64,000 nucleotides of DNA, from the NCBI GenBank assembly GCA_963819815.1, contig CAWFXL010000001.1, forward strand, positions 1,344,001 through 1,408,000. The letters are read 5' to 3'. This stretch comes from an uncultured bacterium (GTDB lineage Bacteria > Babelota > Babeliae > Babelales > Babelaceae). Position numbers and translations under genes: made by a program. This document shows, piece after piece, positions 19,649 through 30,511 of this stretch (within the stretch, counting starts at the first letter, position 1; the number at the start of each line of letters is the position of its first letter). The notes below the pieces were generated by a model that was not told the DNA's origin, did no database searches, and saw only the letters and a program-made list of their open reading frames with translations.

Positions 19649-22600
19649 CTAGCGGCGATTGAGCCATGCATGTACATTTGAGCCAACTATGATAGCGGCG
19701 CAGGAGATACCCAAAACTAACATTTGAATTTTCTCCAATTTCGCCTGGTGTTTCCGCTTACATGCCTCTTCGTAGGATTGCTTACCTCCTAAGTCGCTTA
19801 GAATCTGTAAAATTTTCTCTTTATCCGTCTTCTTTTTCTCTGTGTACTCTAAACTAAGGGTCTGCTCATATGCATCAGCTATGATTTCACGTGAACATCT
19901 TGGTGCGAGAGCTTCTACATGCTCAGACGTGAGAGAATTAACGGCATACCAGAGCGCCGTGCGTCCCTTAGCGTCACGCATTTCTATAAACCCTTGAGAG
20001 AGCCTTGCAGCAAGCTTCTTGATTGGATGGGGCGAATAGCTCCAATCACTATCGTTAACGGCATGGAAAAGTACCGTTTTGCACTCTGGGTCTTTTTCTA
20101 GGCGGTCTATAGTTTCTTGTGAGCTGCGCTCAGAGAGTGTTTCTATATCGTACCATGAATGGGCTTCTACCGCACGCAAAAGGGCACTTTTGCCCTGCTC
20201 GTCAACCTTATCTATCGTACTTGGGGAGCTTTGCCATGCAAGTGACTCTACCATACCCCAATTGCGTACCGCTACTGCATGAGCTAAGGCGGTTTTTCCC
20301 TCAGCATCAGTGATGTCCCCTAAATGGAGCCCGCCTTCAGCAGTAACTCTTAGCCAAGAAGGATCCTCTCTGTGTGAAGCTCTACCATATTGACTGATTA
20401 ACCTATCAAACTTATTGTAGTAATGCTCACGTGGTGTTGTCTGTATAATTCTGATTAAAGAGCCTCGTATGAGAGATTCGTCGGCATGCTCAAAGAATAC
20501 TTGGGCTAACTTTCCTTCGACACAATAATTGCCCGTCATGCAGTTACTCGCAGCATACGCAAATGCATTGTTCCCCTCGTTGTCATCGATAGTAAGGCTT
20601 GCTTTATGTTTCAGCAAAGCCTTTATAACATCCAAGATGATTTCTCTATTGGCAGTTCTCTTCTTGAATACTTTCAGTGTGCAGAGTAATGCCGTCTCTC
20701 CCTCATTATTTTGCACATTAATGGTTTCTTGTATCGCTCTATGAGCTAATAACATCTCAACAACGGGATGATTATTTTCAGAGAGAGGCACCTTTTTACA
20801 TGCATGGATGAGTGTCGTATCGCCGTCTTCGTCCTGCACTCCAGCATCGGCACCATGTTCAAGTAAATGCGCAACAGTTCTTTGAGCAGCGTCTATCGGG
20901 CACCCTGACAAACATGCCTCTATCGCATACCTAAGTGCAGTTCTTCCTTTTTTATCTCGTAAGTTTACTCCCTCAGGGCATGCTTTCATGTACTCTAAAA
21001 GCATGCGGACTTCTTCGTCAGCGCATTTTTCTGCTGACAACATCAGAGCCGTCTGTCCATCGCTATTTTGCACATTGATGGACTGTTGTACTGATGCATG
21101 TGCTAACAACAGCCCCAAAAGTTGATGATTGTTTTCACGGCGAGGAGCATTTTGACATGCACAGATGAGCGCTGTATTGCCGTTATTGTCCTGCATTCCA
21201 GCATCGGCACCTTCTTCAAGTATATGCGCCATAATCTTTGGGGTAGCATCTGTCGGGCATGTTGATTCGCATGCTTCTACCGCATACATAAGTGCAGTTT
21301 TGCCTGTATTATCCCGTCCATTTATCGCCTCTGGGTATTCTTTCATGTACTTCAATAGTCTGTAAACTTCTGAGATCTTGCCCAGTTGAGATGACAACAT
21401 TAGAGCAGTACAGCCATGCTCATTACAACTGAGGGCATGAGCTCGATGTTTTAAGAGTGTGTCCATGGCCAACCAGCCCATGCGCTTTGTGCCCGCAACA
21501 ATCACCAGCGCTGTACGTCCTTGCAAATCGATACTATCGACGGGAACACCATAGTCTAGAAGAACTTCAAGCATTTGATGATCGCAATCTACAGCAGCTT
21601 TTAGGTATGCATCCTTCAATGGATGGTTTGCTCCAAGCTTTAACAAAACTGCTACTGCAGGGGCATTGGAGTAAGACAGCTCCCTTGCAAGCCTATTGTC
21701 AATATTGTAACCAGGTGCTTTTGCTAAGAGCAATGGAACGATGTCAGGAGAGTGCCTCAATGCTATGTCGAGCGCATTTTGGTTATCATAATTGCGTACC
21801 AGAGGGTTAGCTCCTAGCTCAAGAAGACGTGTCACTATTGATCTCGTCCAGTCTGCTGAATGTGCTGCCGCTGTCATCAGTGCCGTTGTTCCATTTTTAT
21901 TCTTTATATCAACAAACTTAGGAGATGCCTTTGAAAGGCACATAAGAGCTACCTCTTCACTACCATAGGCTCGACTCACTGCATACATAAGGGGAGTCTC
22001 TTGATCATTGTTCTGAGTATCGACAGAAGCATTATGTTCGAGTAATATCCTCATATCTTGTAAAGAATATCGTGCATCCATTCTTCGGGTTTTAATCGCA
22101 TGCACAAGAGGAGTATTTCCTAGTTTATCTTGTTCATGAATATCAGCTCCCTTTGATATAAGTGCTGCCACGACGCCTTTGCTCTGTGCTAACTTGGCAG
22201 CCAACATAAGAGCAGTTTCCCCATCGTTATTTTTCATAGAAACTGTCTCCGTGGAGGCCCTTGAAAGGCATAGTGTAATAACCTCTAGGTCACCAGAACG
22301 TAGAGCCCACATGAGTGGTGTATCACCTGCGGTATTCTGCATGCCAACATCAGCACCTGACTGAAGTAAGAACGTAATGCCATCTAATGAAGAGTCTACT
22401 ACGTCATCATCATTATCGTTAGAAGGCACTGCTGAACCTGTTGTATTTCTAAGAGCATAGACTAACGGAGTATTACCTTCCTCGTCCTTCCAATTTACTT
22501 GAGCACCTCGTTGAAGAGTGTCCTTCATTTGCTCAGAGTTTCGTTCAGATGCTGCCTTCCCAAACTCACGTTGTACCGCACGTTGACCCTCGATTACGAG

Positions 22601-23806
22601 TGCTGCAACACCACGCTGTGTAAGAAGTGTGATCATTGAATTGTTGCCAGCAGCGAGAGCTCGATGATATGCAGCAATTAGCCCATCATTCATTGCCCCA
22701 TGATTAAAGAAGTACTCAGCTGCTGGAGCTGATCCGCAGCGTAAGGCCGTCTCAAGTCCTCTATGTACATCATAGCCGCCAATCTTTTCAACCAATAGGG
22801 GTACGACATCGGGACATTTAGCGAAGGCAAAATCGATGAGATCTGCACCGGGAATGTCCATGATGGCTGCTCCCTTGTTTAGGAGCAATGGCACGATACT
22901 TGTAGCCCAAGGGCTTTCAATCGCTATCATGAGTGCAGTTCGGCCTCTTTTATTCTTTTTGATAACTGCATCCTGTTTCGCTCCTAAAAGGCATGCTTTC
23001 GCAAGAGCTTCACTGCCATATTCCCTATCTATCGCATACATAAGAGGAGTTGCGCCATCTTGATTTGCTATGCCTACATCTGCACCCCTTTCAAGAAGAA
23101 GTTCAATTACATCTAACGATCGACTTGATGCTGTTCTACTCGCTTTGATTAGGTAGGCAAGGGCAGTATTTCCTGTTGAATCTTTCTCATTAACCAGAGC
23201 CCCGCGAGCAATAAGTTCATTGAGCAACTCTTTGCTTTTTCCGGCCCGAGCTGCCAGAATAAGGGCAGTCTCTTCTTTATTGTTCCTCATAGAAGTTATT
23301 TTGGGATCAGTCTTTGCAAGGCATAGGGTAGCTATAGCCCCATTCTCATGTGTTACCGCAAGCATAAGGGGCGTATCTCCCCTACTATTTTGTATGCCCA
23401 CATAAGCACCATGCTCAAGTAGAAACGCCAACGCTCCTAAGGAACATCGCATGCCTTTAAGTAAATTCAAAAGCACCGTATTACCTGAGGCATCTGTACG
23501 ATTTACCAAAGCGCCTTGTGAAATACAGTCTTGCATCTTTGCTGTATCGCCTGCCAAAGCAGCTTCCAAAAGTTGATTTTGAGCAAGAACGATCATGGCA
23601 GCTTGATGTGCTACCTCAGGATCCTCTAGGAGGTTGCGGGCTAAGCCTTGTTGGTTAATAATCTGCGGAATCCTCTCCTCTACTCTATGTTCGCTCTTAG
23701 ATGTTGTTGTAGAAGAATTTGTTTGGACAAGCATAGTATTCATCGCAGAACAGCAGGTCGCTATACTGACCAAGTAAGAAATTTTTGCCAGGTTGAGCAT
23801 TTTCAT
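19649..23806 (-). CDS. Large ankyrin-repeat protein with signal peptide and C-terminal hydrophobic helix
   Basis: Many G-x-T-[AP]-L ankyrin repeats; C-terminal MLVLGISCAAIIVGS; start taken at ATG 23806 (track gives 23833). Confidence 0.9.
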   Translation of the reverse strand: MKMLNLAKISYLVSIATCCSAMNTMLVQTNSSTTTSKSEHRVEERIPQIINQQGLARNLLEDPEVAHQAAMIVLAQNQLLEAALAGDTAKMQDCISQGALVNRTDASGNTVLLNLLKGMRCSLGALAFLLEHGAYVGIQNSRGDTPLMLAVTHENGAIATLCLAKTDPKITSMRNNKEETALILAARAGKSKELLNELIARGALVNEKDSTGNTALAYLIKASRTASSRSLDVIELLLERGADVGIANQDGATPLMYAIDREYGSEALAKACLLGAKQDAVIKKNKRGRTALMIAIESPWATSIVPLLLNKGAAIMDIPGADLIDFAFAKCPDVVPLLVEKIGGYDVHRGLETALRCGSAPAAEYFFNHGAMNDGLIAAYHRALAAGNNSMITLLTQRGVAALVIEGQRAVQREFGKAASERNSEQMKDTLQRGAQVNWKDEEGNTPLVYALRNTTGSAVPSNDNDDDVVDSSLDGITFLLQSGADVGMQNTAGDTPLMWALRSGDLEVITLCLSRASTETVSMKNNDGETALMLAAKLAQSKGVVAALISKGADIHEQDKLGNTPLVHAIKTRRMDARYSLQDMRILLEHNASVDTQNNDQETPLMYAVSRAYGSEEVALMCLSKASPKFVDIKNKNGTTALMTAAAHSADWTRSIVTRLLELGANPLVRNYDNQNALDIALRHSPDIVPLLLAKAPGYNIDNRLARELSYSNAPAVAVLLKLGANHPLKDAYLKAAVDCDHQMLEVLLDYGVPVDSIDLQGRTALVIVAGTKRMGWLAMDTLLKHRAHALSCNEHGCTALMLSSQLGKISEVYRLLKYMKEYPEAINGRDNTGKTALMYAVEACESTCPTDATPKIMAHILEEGADAGMQDNNGNTALICACQNAPRRENNHQLLGLLLAHASVQQSINVQNSDGQTALMLSAEKCADEEVRMLLEYMKACPEGVNLRDKKGRTALRYAIEACLSGCPIDAAQRTVAHLLEHGADAGVQDEDGDTTLIHACKKVPLSENNHPVVEMLLAHRAIQETINVQNNEGETALLCTLKVFKKRTANREIILDVIKALLKHKASLTIDDNEGNNAFAYAASNCMTGNYCVEGKLAQVFFEHADESLIRGSLIRIIQTTPREHYYNKFDRLISQYGRASHREDPSWLRVTAEGGLHLGDITDAEGKTALAHAVAVRNWGMVESLAWQSSPSTIDKVDEQGKSALLRAVEAHSWYDIETLSERSSQETIDRLEKDPECKTVLFHAVNDSDWSYSPHPIKKLAARLSQGFIEMRDAKGRTALWYAVNSLTSEHVEALAPRCSREIIADAYEQTLSLEYTEKKKTDKEKILQILSDLGGKQSYEEACKRKHQAKLEKIQMLVLGISCAAIIVGSNVHAWLNRR

Positions 23807-24276
23807 GATATTTTTCCTGATAGTATAGAACATATGAGGTTTTGCAGATTCTACAAGAGCTTTGTAGCTTGTAGCCCATTATGCTGAGAGTAAAGCAGAA
23901 TGCGACCAGTACCTTTCAATTCTATCCAGGCTATTCCCAGCCGTCAAATTTAGTAAAAAATTTTTCATATCATGTGAGCAGTCTCGGTATGATTCCTGCA
24001 AAATAGAAATCAAATAACCTGGTCAGCATTGGTGAACTATGCTGTAGCTACTGGTCTAAATTTTGGGGTTCCTTATACTATGTGCCCATTATTGAATGAA
24101 TTGAGGAGATATTTTGGCTATGTATGCCGGTTATCACAGGGGACAAAGGATGAGTTTTGAGCAGCAGGAAATCTGAGTGTACTTCTATAAAATATTTGCA
24201 GGTCTATTCTATTGTGCTATACTATACTGATGTAAGTATTAAATGAATATCCATGATTACCCAGAGGAGTAATAGT

Positions 24277-24567
24277 ATGGTAGAAAAAATTCGTCCATTG
24301 CTTGATCGCGTCTTGGTTAAGCGTCTAGAACATGAAGAAAAGTCAGAAGGGGGTCTTTATATCCCTGATGTAGCCAAAGAAAAAGCACAAACTGGTAAGG
24401 TTATTGCTATAGGAACCGGCAAGGTACTAAGTGACGGTACCGTGCAGAAAATGAGCGTCAAAGTTGGCGATGTTGTGTTCCTTCCTAAGTACGCAGGTAC
24501 TGAAGCAAATAAAGATCATATCATTATTAAAGAAGATGAAATTTTAGGTATTGTTAAGAATAATTAA
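24277..24567 (+). CDS. groES: Co-chaperonin GroES
   Basis: IRPLLDRVLVKR..GGLYIPD.AKEK..G.V.A.G.G; GAGGAG RBS. Confidence 0.97.
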   Translation: MVEKIRPLLDRVLVKRLEHEEKSEGGLYIPDVAKEKAQTGKVIAIGTGKVLSDGTVQKMSVKVGDVVFLPKYAGTEANKDHIIIKEDEILGIVKNN

Positions 24568-24578
24568 GAGGTGACATC

Positions 24579-26232
24579 ATGGCAGGAAAAAGAATATTAT
24601 TTGGAGCTGAAGCACGTCAAAAGACTTGCAAAAGGTGTTGATACTCTTGCTGATGCAGTAAAGGTAACTCTCGGGCCCCGTGGTCGTAATGTTGCTTATG
24701 AGAAGAAATTTGGTGCACCGGCTATTACCAAAGATGGTGTAAGTGTTGCAAAAGAAATTGAACTAGCTGATCCTATTGAAAATATGGGCGCACAAATGGT
24801 TCGTGAAGTAGCAAGCAAAACTGCTGATGTTGCCGGTGATGGTACGACCACAGCTACGGTGCTTAGCGCAAGCAATTTTTCGAGAAGGTAATAAATATGT
24901 TACTGCTGGTGCTAATCCTATGGAAATTAAACGTGGTATTGATAAAGCGGTTGCCGTTGTCGTTGAAGAGATTAGAAAACTGCTCGAAAAGTAAGCGACA
25001 AAAAAGAGATTGAGCAAGTTGCAACTATTTCTGCAAACTCTGATTCGACTATTGGTGAAGCAGATTGCTGAAGCAATGGAACGTGTTGGTCGCGATGGTG
25101 TTATTACCGTTGAAGAAGCAAAAGGCATGGAAAGTGAAATTTCATTTGTTGAAGGTATGCAATTTGATCGTGGCTATATTTCTCCTTATTTTGTAACTGA
25201 TCAGGAAAAGATGGAAGCAGTGTTACAAGATCCGTATATTCTTCTTTATGAAAAGAAGATTTCAAGCATGAAGAGCTTGCTTCCGATTCTTGAACAAGTT
25301 GCAAAATCTGGTCGTCCTCTCTTAATTATTGCAGAAGATGTTGAAGGTGAAGCTCTTGCTACCTTAGTAGTTAATAAGCTTCGTGGCACATTGAATGTTG
25401 TTGCAGTAAAAGCTCCAGGCTTTGGCGATCGTCGTAAAGCAATGCTTGAAGATATTGCAACATTAACCGGTGGTAAACTGATTTCTGAAGATATTGGTTT
25501 AAAGCTTGAAAATGTACGCTTAAAGATCTTGGTCATGCTAAGAAAGTATTAGTTACCAAAGATACCTTCACTATTATTGAAGGTGCAGGAGCATGATGCG
25601 GCTATTAAAGGTCGTATTATGCAAATCAAAGCTCAAATTGAAAATACAACATCAGATTATGATAAAGAAAAACTGCAAGAACGTCTTGCAAAACTTTCAG
25701 GTGGTGTTGCAGTTATTAAAGTTGGTGCAGCAACTGAAACAGAAATGAAAGAAAAGAAAGATCGTATTGAAGATGCACTACATGCAACACGTGCAGCAGT
25801 TGAAGAAGGTATTGTTGCTGGTGGTGGTAGTTGCATTACTTCGTGCACAAGCAGTTGTTGAAAAACTTAAACTTGAAGGTGATGAACAGCTTGGGGTGCA
25901 AGATTGTAGCGCGTGCACTTGAAGAACCACTACGTATTATTTCTTCAAATGCTGGCTTTGAAGCTTCAGTAGTTGTTAATCAAGTTCGTCAAGAAACAGG
26001 CAATATTGGTTTTGATGCAAAAACTGGCGAATATGTTGATATGATTGCAGAAGGTATTATTGATCCTGCTAAAGTAGTGCGTTCTGCATTTCAAAATGCA
26101 GCATCTATTGCTGGCTATGCTCTTAACGACTGAAGCGCTCATTACTGAGATTCCAGAAGATAAGAAAGAAGTAGCCATTCACATGGTGGTGGAATGGGCG
26201 GCGGTATGGGTGGCATGCAAGGCATGTACTAA
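24579..26232 (+). pseudogene. groEL: Chaperonin GroEL, broken as sequenced by about 9-10 single-base indels (probably sequence error)
   Basis: [13 protein letters not shown] start, [57 protein letters not shown] and GGMGGGMGGM tail are all present across frame changes. Confidence 0.9.
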
Positions 26233-26252
26233 TACCTACGCATAAAAAAATG

Positions 26253-26286
26253 AGGATCCCGTGGCTGTCAAAGGCTGCGGGATCTT
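26253..26286 (+). terminator. Terminator-like hairpin after groEL
   Basis: AGGATCCCGTGGC..GCTGCGGGATCTT stem preceded by an A-tract. Confidence 0.6.
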
Positions 26287-26337
26287 TGCTGCGGTAATAT
26301 TCTTACTTCCTTGAGCTTGCCTGATTTCTAACGTATG

Positions 26338-26389
26338 GGATTGCATTCCTACTTTTTCATAAAAAAACAGGGAGTGCAATCCATAGTCA
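26338..26389. repeat. 52-bp direct repeat (copy downstream of the ATPase) containing two pseudo-palindromic 12-mers 33 bp apart
   Basis: GGATTGCATTCCTACTTTTTCATAAAAAAACAGGGAGTGCAATCCATAGTCA; 50/52 identical to 27728..27779. Confidence 0.9.
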
Positions 26390-26445
26390 TGGGCATTGTG
26401 TGTATTGAAGGGATTTATGAGCATTCCTGAGTTCTATGAGCTGTC

Positions 26446-27678
26446 TTAATAAAGAAAGCCAAATAACCACAGTGGGATTTTTTTACCAATTCCATTTTCT
26501 ATGCTATCAATGGCAAGAAAGGCATTGTGTTCTCCTATGATCTGCTCACTGGATTTTTTGCGTCCTCCTATCTCAAAAAGATAAGTGCTATCAACTAGGA
26601 AATCAGCCTTAGGAGGTAGTTTGACGTGGTGTCTTTCAGAAACCATGGTAAGAAAAAAGAGCTCTCTTTCAGTTCCTATATGCGGATCTTCTTGGCTAAA
26701 GGCATTCATTTGATTTGGATTATCAAGATACACCTTCTCTGAATGTTTTAGGTGGTCGAGTTTATGGTTTTCCTTTCCTAGTGACCTGATAAGGGAGGCG
26801 TCTTCAAGATAGGAAAAGTAGGTTTTTAAGGTGCGAGTATCTCCTACATCGAGTATTTCTTTAATGTTATTCCAGTTTGGGGTAAAAGGTACCGATTTCG
26901 CTATGAACAATAAGAGTTCTTTAAGTTTAGTTATGCTGAGACCATTTAAATGTGGATAGATTGCTGTAAGATCCGCTTCTAGTGTACTTTGAAGATTTTG
27001 CACGAGCGTAATGACATAGAGTTCTTTATTCGGGAGCTCTAAAAAGTACGGATAGTACCCATACTTTAAATAGTACTGAAAGAGTGGCAGAACCTTGTGA
27101 TTCTTTTCTTCAAGGGCTTTAATGATCTCATCGGCATACTGTTCATGATGCTGAAGAATAGTGGAAAGCTCGAGAGCTTTTAATTCTATCGGCACATACA
27201 ATTCAAGAAACTCGCGAAATGAAAGCCCTACCATGTGATATTTGATGGCACGGCGCGCTAGATCGTGACTTCCTTGGTATACCTGAAGTGCTGAGCTTCC
27301 TGAGGTGACTACGGTGAGCTTAGGAAATGTATCGTAGATGCTTTTAAGTTCTTGAGACCAGTTAGGATACTTATGGATTTCATCAAAGGCTATATATTTT
27401 CCACCCATAGCGGAAAATTCATCAGCGATTTCATAAAGGGACGTTGTACCCATTAAAAAATGGTCGGCTTGAACATAGAGAATTGAAGGATCATAGAGGT
27501 CTTGTGACACCTTGTCCAACAAAAACTGTACAAGGGTCGTAGTTTTTCCAATGCCTCTTTGTCCCAATAAGAGAGAAAGACGATGCTTAAATGGTTGAGA
27601 TTGGATGAAATAGCGCCGATAAGGCGAGTTTTTAAGTTTTAAAAAGCCTTGGCTTAATTGTCTCAGCTCTTCAAGCAT
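26446..27678 (-). CDS. AAA+ ATPase (AAA_14/DUF4143-type) with a PD-(D/E)XK-like C-terminus
   Basis: Walker A GQRGIGKTT, Walker B AFDEIHK, SGSS, GLSFREFL, GYYP, ADFLVDSTYLFEIGGRKK; AGGAGG RBS. Confidence 0.88.
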   Translation of the reverse strand: MLEELRQLSQGFLKLKNSPYRRYFIQSQPFKHRLSLLLGQRGIGKTTTLVQFLLDKVSQDLYDPSILYVQADHFLMGTTSLYEIADEFSAMGGKYIAFDEIHKYPNWSQELKSIYDTFPKLTVVTSGSSALQVYQGSHDLARRAIKYHMVGLSFREFLELYVPIELKALELSTILQHHEQYADEIIKALEEKNHKVLPLFQYYLKYGYYPYFLELPNKELYVITLVQNLQSTLEADLTAIYPHLNGLSITKLKELLLFIAKSVPFTPNWNNIKEILDVGDTRTLKTYFSYLEDASLIRSLGKENHKLDHLKHSEKVYLDNPNQMNAFSQEDPHIGTERELFFLTMVSERHHVKLPPKADFLVDSTYLFEIGGRKKSSEQIIGEHNAFLAIDSIENGIGKKIPLWLFGFLY

Positions 27679-27693
27679 ACTGACCTCCTGGTG

Positions 27694-27779
27694 TGGATTG
27701 CATTCCTACTATATTCTATCAAATTATGGATTACATTCCTACTTTTTCATAAAAAAACAGGGAATGCAATCCATAGTCA
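27694..27779. promoter_or_regulatory. Three pseudo-palindromic operator-like boxes at a 33-bp period upstream of the ATPase
   Basis: GGATTGCATTCC 27695, GGATTACATTCC 27728, GGAATGCAATCC 27761. Confidence 0.75.
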
Positions 27780-27948
27780 GTAGCATCATGCTTGCTGTGG
27801 GTGATTGTGGCCCCCCCCCGGGGGCTTTATGGGCCTTCTCAATGGGAAATGCGGTCCTCGACATCTCGGCTTTATCAACTCAGTGGTCTTATGCGCTAAG
27901 GGTGTTTGATTCGGGCGACGTTTCTTGTAGGCAGGGGAGATTTGGCTC

Positions 27949-28815
27949 TTAGGTGTATATACACCTTGCAATTGAATTACATACTTCCAGGGCATCTTTC
28001 AGGGTATGCTGGAAAATAGACCTTCCTATTGCTGCTCCTGCAGTGCCTCCGATGATCATATCTTCCTTCAGAGAGGCCATGAGCTGGGCTGGATCTTTAA
28101 AAGAACCGCCTGCGGTGACAACCTTTGTGTTTCCAGCAGCTTCGACGATAGTTCTAAGAAGTTGAGCTCGTGTGGCATCTTTGGTGGCCTCAGGCGCATG
28201 AATTTTTACAAAGTCAGCACCAAGACATGCAGCTACGCCAACGGCCCCTGCAAGGAGCTCAGGATCGGTTGGATGAAGAATTGCTTTCCCCCGAGGGTAC
28301 ATCCAGATGATAGCAAGGAGCCCTTGTTGATGTGCTTGAAATACTGCTTGCGCAGCCTGTTCAAGCATGAGATCTTCATAGGTACTTCCTAGATAGACCG
28401 TTACTCCTATACCGGTGACGGTCAGTCCAGAGCTTTTCTGAAAGTCTACGACATCTTTGACCGTCCATAAGATTCTACTCAAAGGATCTTTCTCTTCGAT
28501 GGGTATTAGGGGCGTTTTTGAGTTGAGCTTAATAATGTAGGGGATCTTTGAGTAAGCAGAACCATAGCGTGCGATGAGGCCGAGCTGTGTAGCCATACCG
28601 CCTACGTTTGCTGTGCTTGCTATCTTAAACAGATGCTCAGGGGTATGTATTTCTTGTGAGACGGCTGCTCCTCTGAAGTCCTTATCTAAGTGCTCAATTT
28701 TATGATCAGCGGAAAAAAGAAAGAGCTTGCCTGTTCCTTTAGTAAGCAGGGTATAGTTTTTCACATATTCGCTATAAGCTGACAGGGGAACATCCTTAGG
28801 AATAAGTACGTTCAT
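27949..28815 (-). CDS. Class I fructose-bisphosphate aldolase (DhnA family)
   Basis: FSADHKIEH, IIKLNSKT, VTVYLGS, IWMYPRG, LGADFVK, GAAIGRSIFQ. Confidence 0.9.
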   Translation of the reverse strand: MNVLIPKDVPLSAYSEYVKNYTLLTKGTGKLFLFSADHKIEHLDKDFRGAAVSQEIHTPEHLFKIASTANVGGMATQLGLIARYGSAYSKIPYIIKLNSKTPLIPIEEKDPLSRILWTVKDVVDFQKSSGLTVTGIGVTVYLGSTYEDLMLEQAAQAVFQAHQQGLLAIIWMYPRGKAILHPTDPELLAGAVGVAACLGADFVKIHAPEATKDATRAQLLRTIVEAAGNTKVVTAGGSFKDPAQLMASLKEDMIIGGTAGAAIGRSIFQHTLKDALEVCNSIARCIYT

Positions 28816-28880
28816 AGTATCTCCTTTTGATCCTTCTTATATAGAAGTACCATAAAGAAGTGATCCAAGCCAAGAGTTCG

Positions 28881-30511
28881 TCAATTTTGGATGATCTTAT
28901 CGTGGATGAGCATTTTATGGGCAATTTTCTCAAATAGAGGCACTACGATCTGTGAAGCAAGCATTCCTCGCTTGGTAGTTTCCTTGATAGACACTACGAT
29001 GACCCGCTTATAGGAATCTTTCTCGATAATGCCCATGAAGGTAAAAAGGTGACGAGTGTGATCATATCGTCCATTGGTGATGAGCCGTGCAGTTCCTGTT
29101 TTTCCCATAATGTTGTAATTATTTATACTTGCTCGTGCAAGCGAACCTTCAGAAACTGTTTTTCGAAGAATACGTTTCATCTTTTGAATTGCTTCAAGAC
29201 TATACAGGGGACCTTCCGGTTCTTCTTTGTCATCATATAGAAGATGCAATTTCACCTTATAGCCATCATTTGCAACAATGGATAGCGCCTGTGCTATTTG
29301 TGCGAGATTGCATCGTATCTCATAGCCAAATGAGAGTGAATTTAGGGAAGCATTGGACCATCTATGGGGTGGAGAGATAACTCCTGGCGATTCTCCGGGG
29401 AAGATGCCAAGCTTCTTTGAGAAGCCAAGACGCTTATAGTGATCATAGAGTTTAGTGCCAACACGATGACCAACTTTGGCAACACCTATATTATTTGAAA
29501 ACTTAATGACATCTTCAAAAGGGATGATCCCCTTTGCTTTTGTTGTCGTAATGGGACTTCCATTAACGCGGGAGGAAAGTTTTCCTTCGCAATCGATGAG
29601 TGTATCAGGACTTATGACCCCTTCTTCCAAAGCTGCAAGTGCAAGAAATCCTTTGATTACTGAACCATATTCGTACGCATCGGTAATAATTCTGTTTTTT
29701 GTATGCTCTTGGATGATGTTCTCGGTGTTATTTGGATCAAAGTCTGGATAGTTGGCCATAACAAGAATATCTCCCGTCTCTGGATCACAGATAAGGACAG
29801 ATCCGTTTTTAGAACCTACTTGCTGGACATAGTCTTTGAGTTCTTCATAGACGAGAAATTGTAAAATCCGATCGATCGTGAGGGTTATCGGTTTTCCTTG
29901 GCACCTTCGACCAGTGTTTCTCGAGTAATATAAAACCGCTTAGCGCAATCTTTTTCAAGAAGATAGGTTGAAGCGCTTCCTGCGAGCAGGTCATTGTACA
30001 TCATCTCAAGGCCAGAGACCCCTTGGTTATCTATATTGGTGACCCCTACAATCGGTCCAACTCCTGCTATCGGATAATAACGACTTGGCTCACGTAAAAG
30101 TTTTATATCAGGTATATCGCTTAGTTCAATGAGAGCAACTTCTTCAGGGCTCAGGCGTCTTTTAATGTACATAAAGTGGCTTCTCTTAGTACGACGTAAT
30201 CGGTCTGCAGACTCTTTAAAATGGCGCGAGAGAAAATTTAAAAGGTTTTCACGATGCTCAAGTTTGGAAGGAATAATAAAAGCTGATATTGCTTCAGTGT
30301 TAAGCGCTAGGGGCTGACCTGTGCGATCGAAAATCTCCGCACGAGGAGGAGTTACGGTGATGGTCATCTTATATTGTTTTTGAGCACGACCGGTGAAAAA
30401 CTCCGAACGCTGAATTTGTACACGATATAAATTTACCACAAGAAACGCGTAGCATGCTACATAGAAGAAAAAAACAAGGGTAAGTCGTATATTAGGTTGC
30501 AGCGTGTTCAT
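28881..30511 (-). pseudogene. ftsI: Class B penicillin-binding protein (FtsI-like), split by one frameshift near 29900 (probably sequence error)
   Basis: N-terminal half TM + RAEIFDRTG + SRYYP + GVSGLE; shifted frame resumes QGKPITLTIDRILQ; transpeptidase motifs YEYGSVIK, FSNN, GKTGT. Confidence 0.85.

Noticed and set aside
23890..24270. CIRCE element or structured RNA upstream of groES
   Set aside because: No TTAGCACTC-N9-GAGTGCTAA motif or recognisable RNA family was seen.
24579..26232. Programmed frameshifting or true inactivation of groEL
   Set aside because: There are too many indels in unrelated contexts and the protein sequence is otherwise conserved; sequence error is more parsimonious, though unproven without reads.
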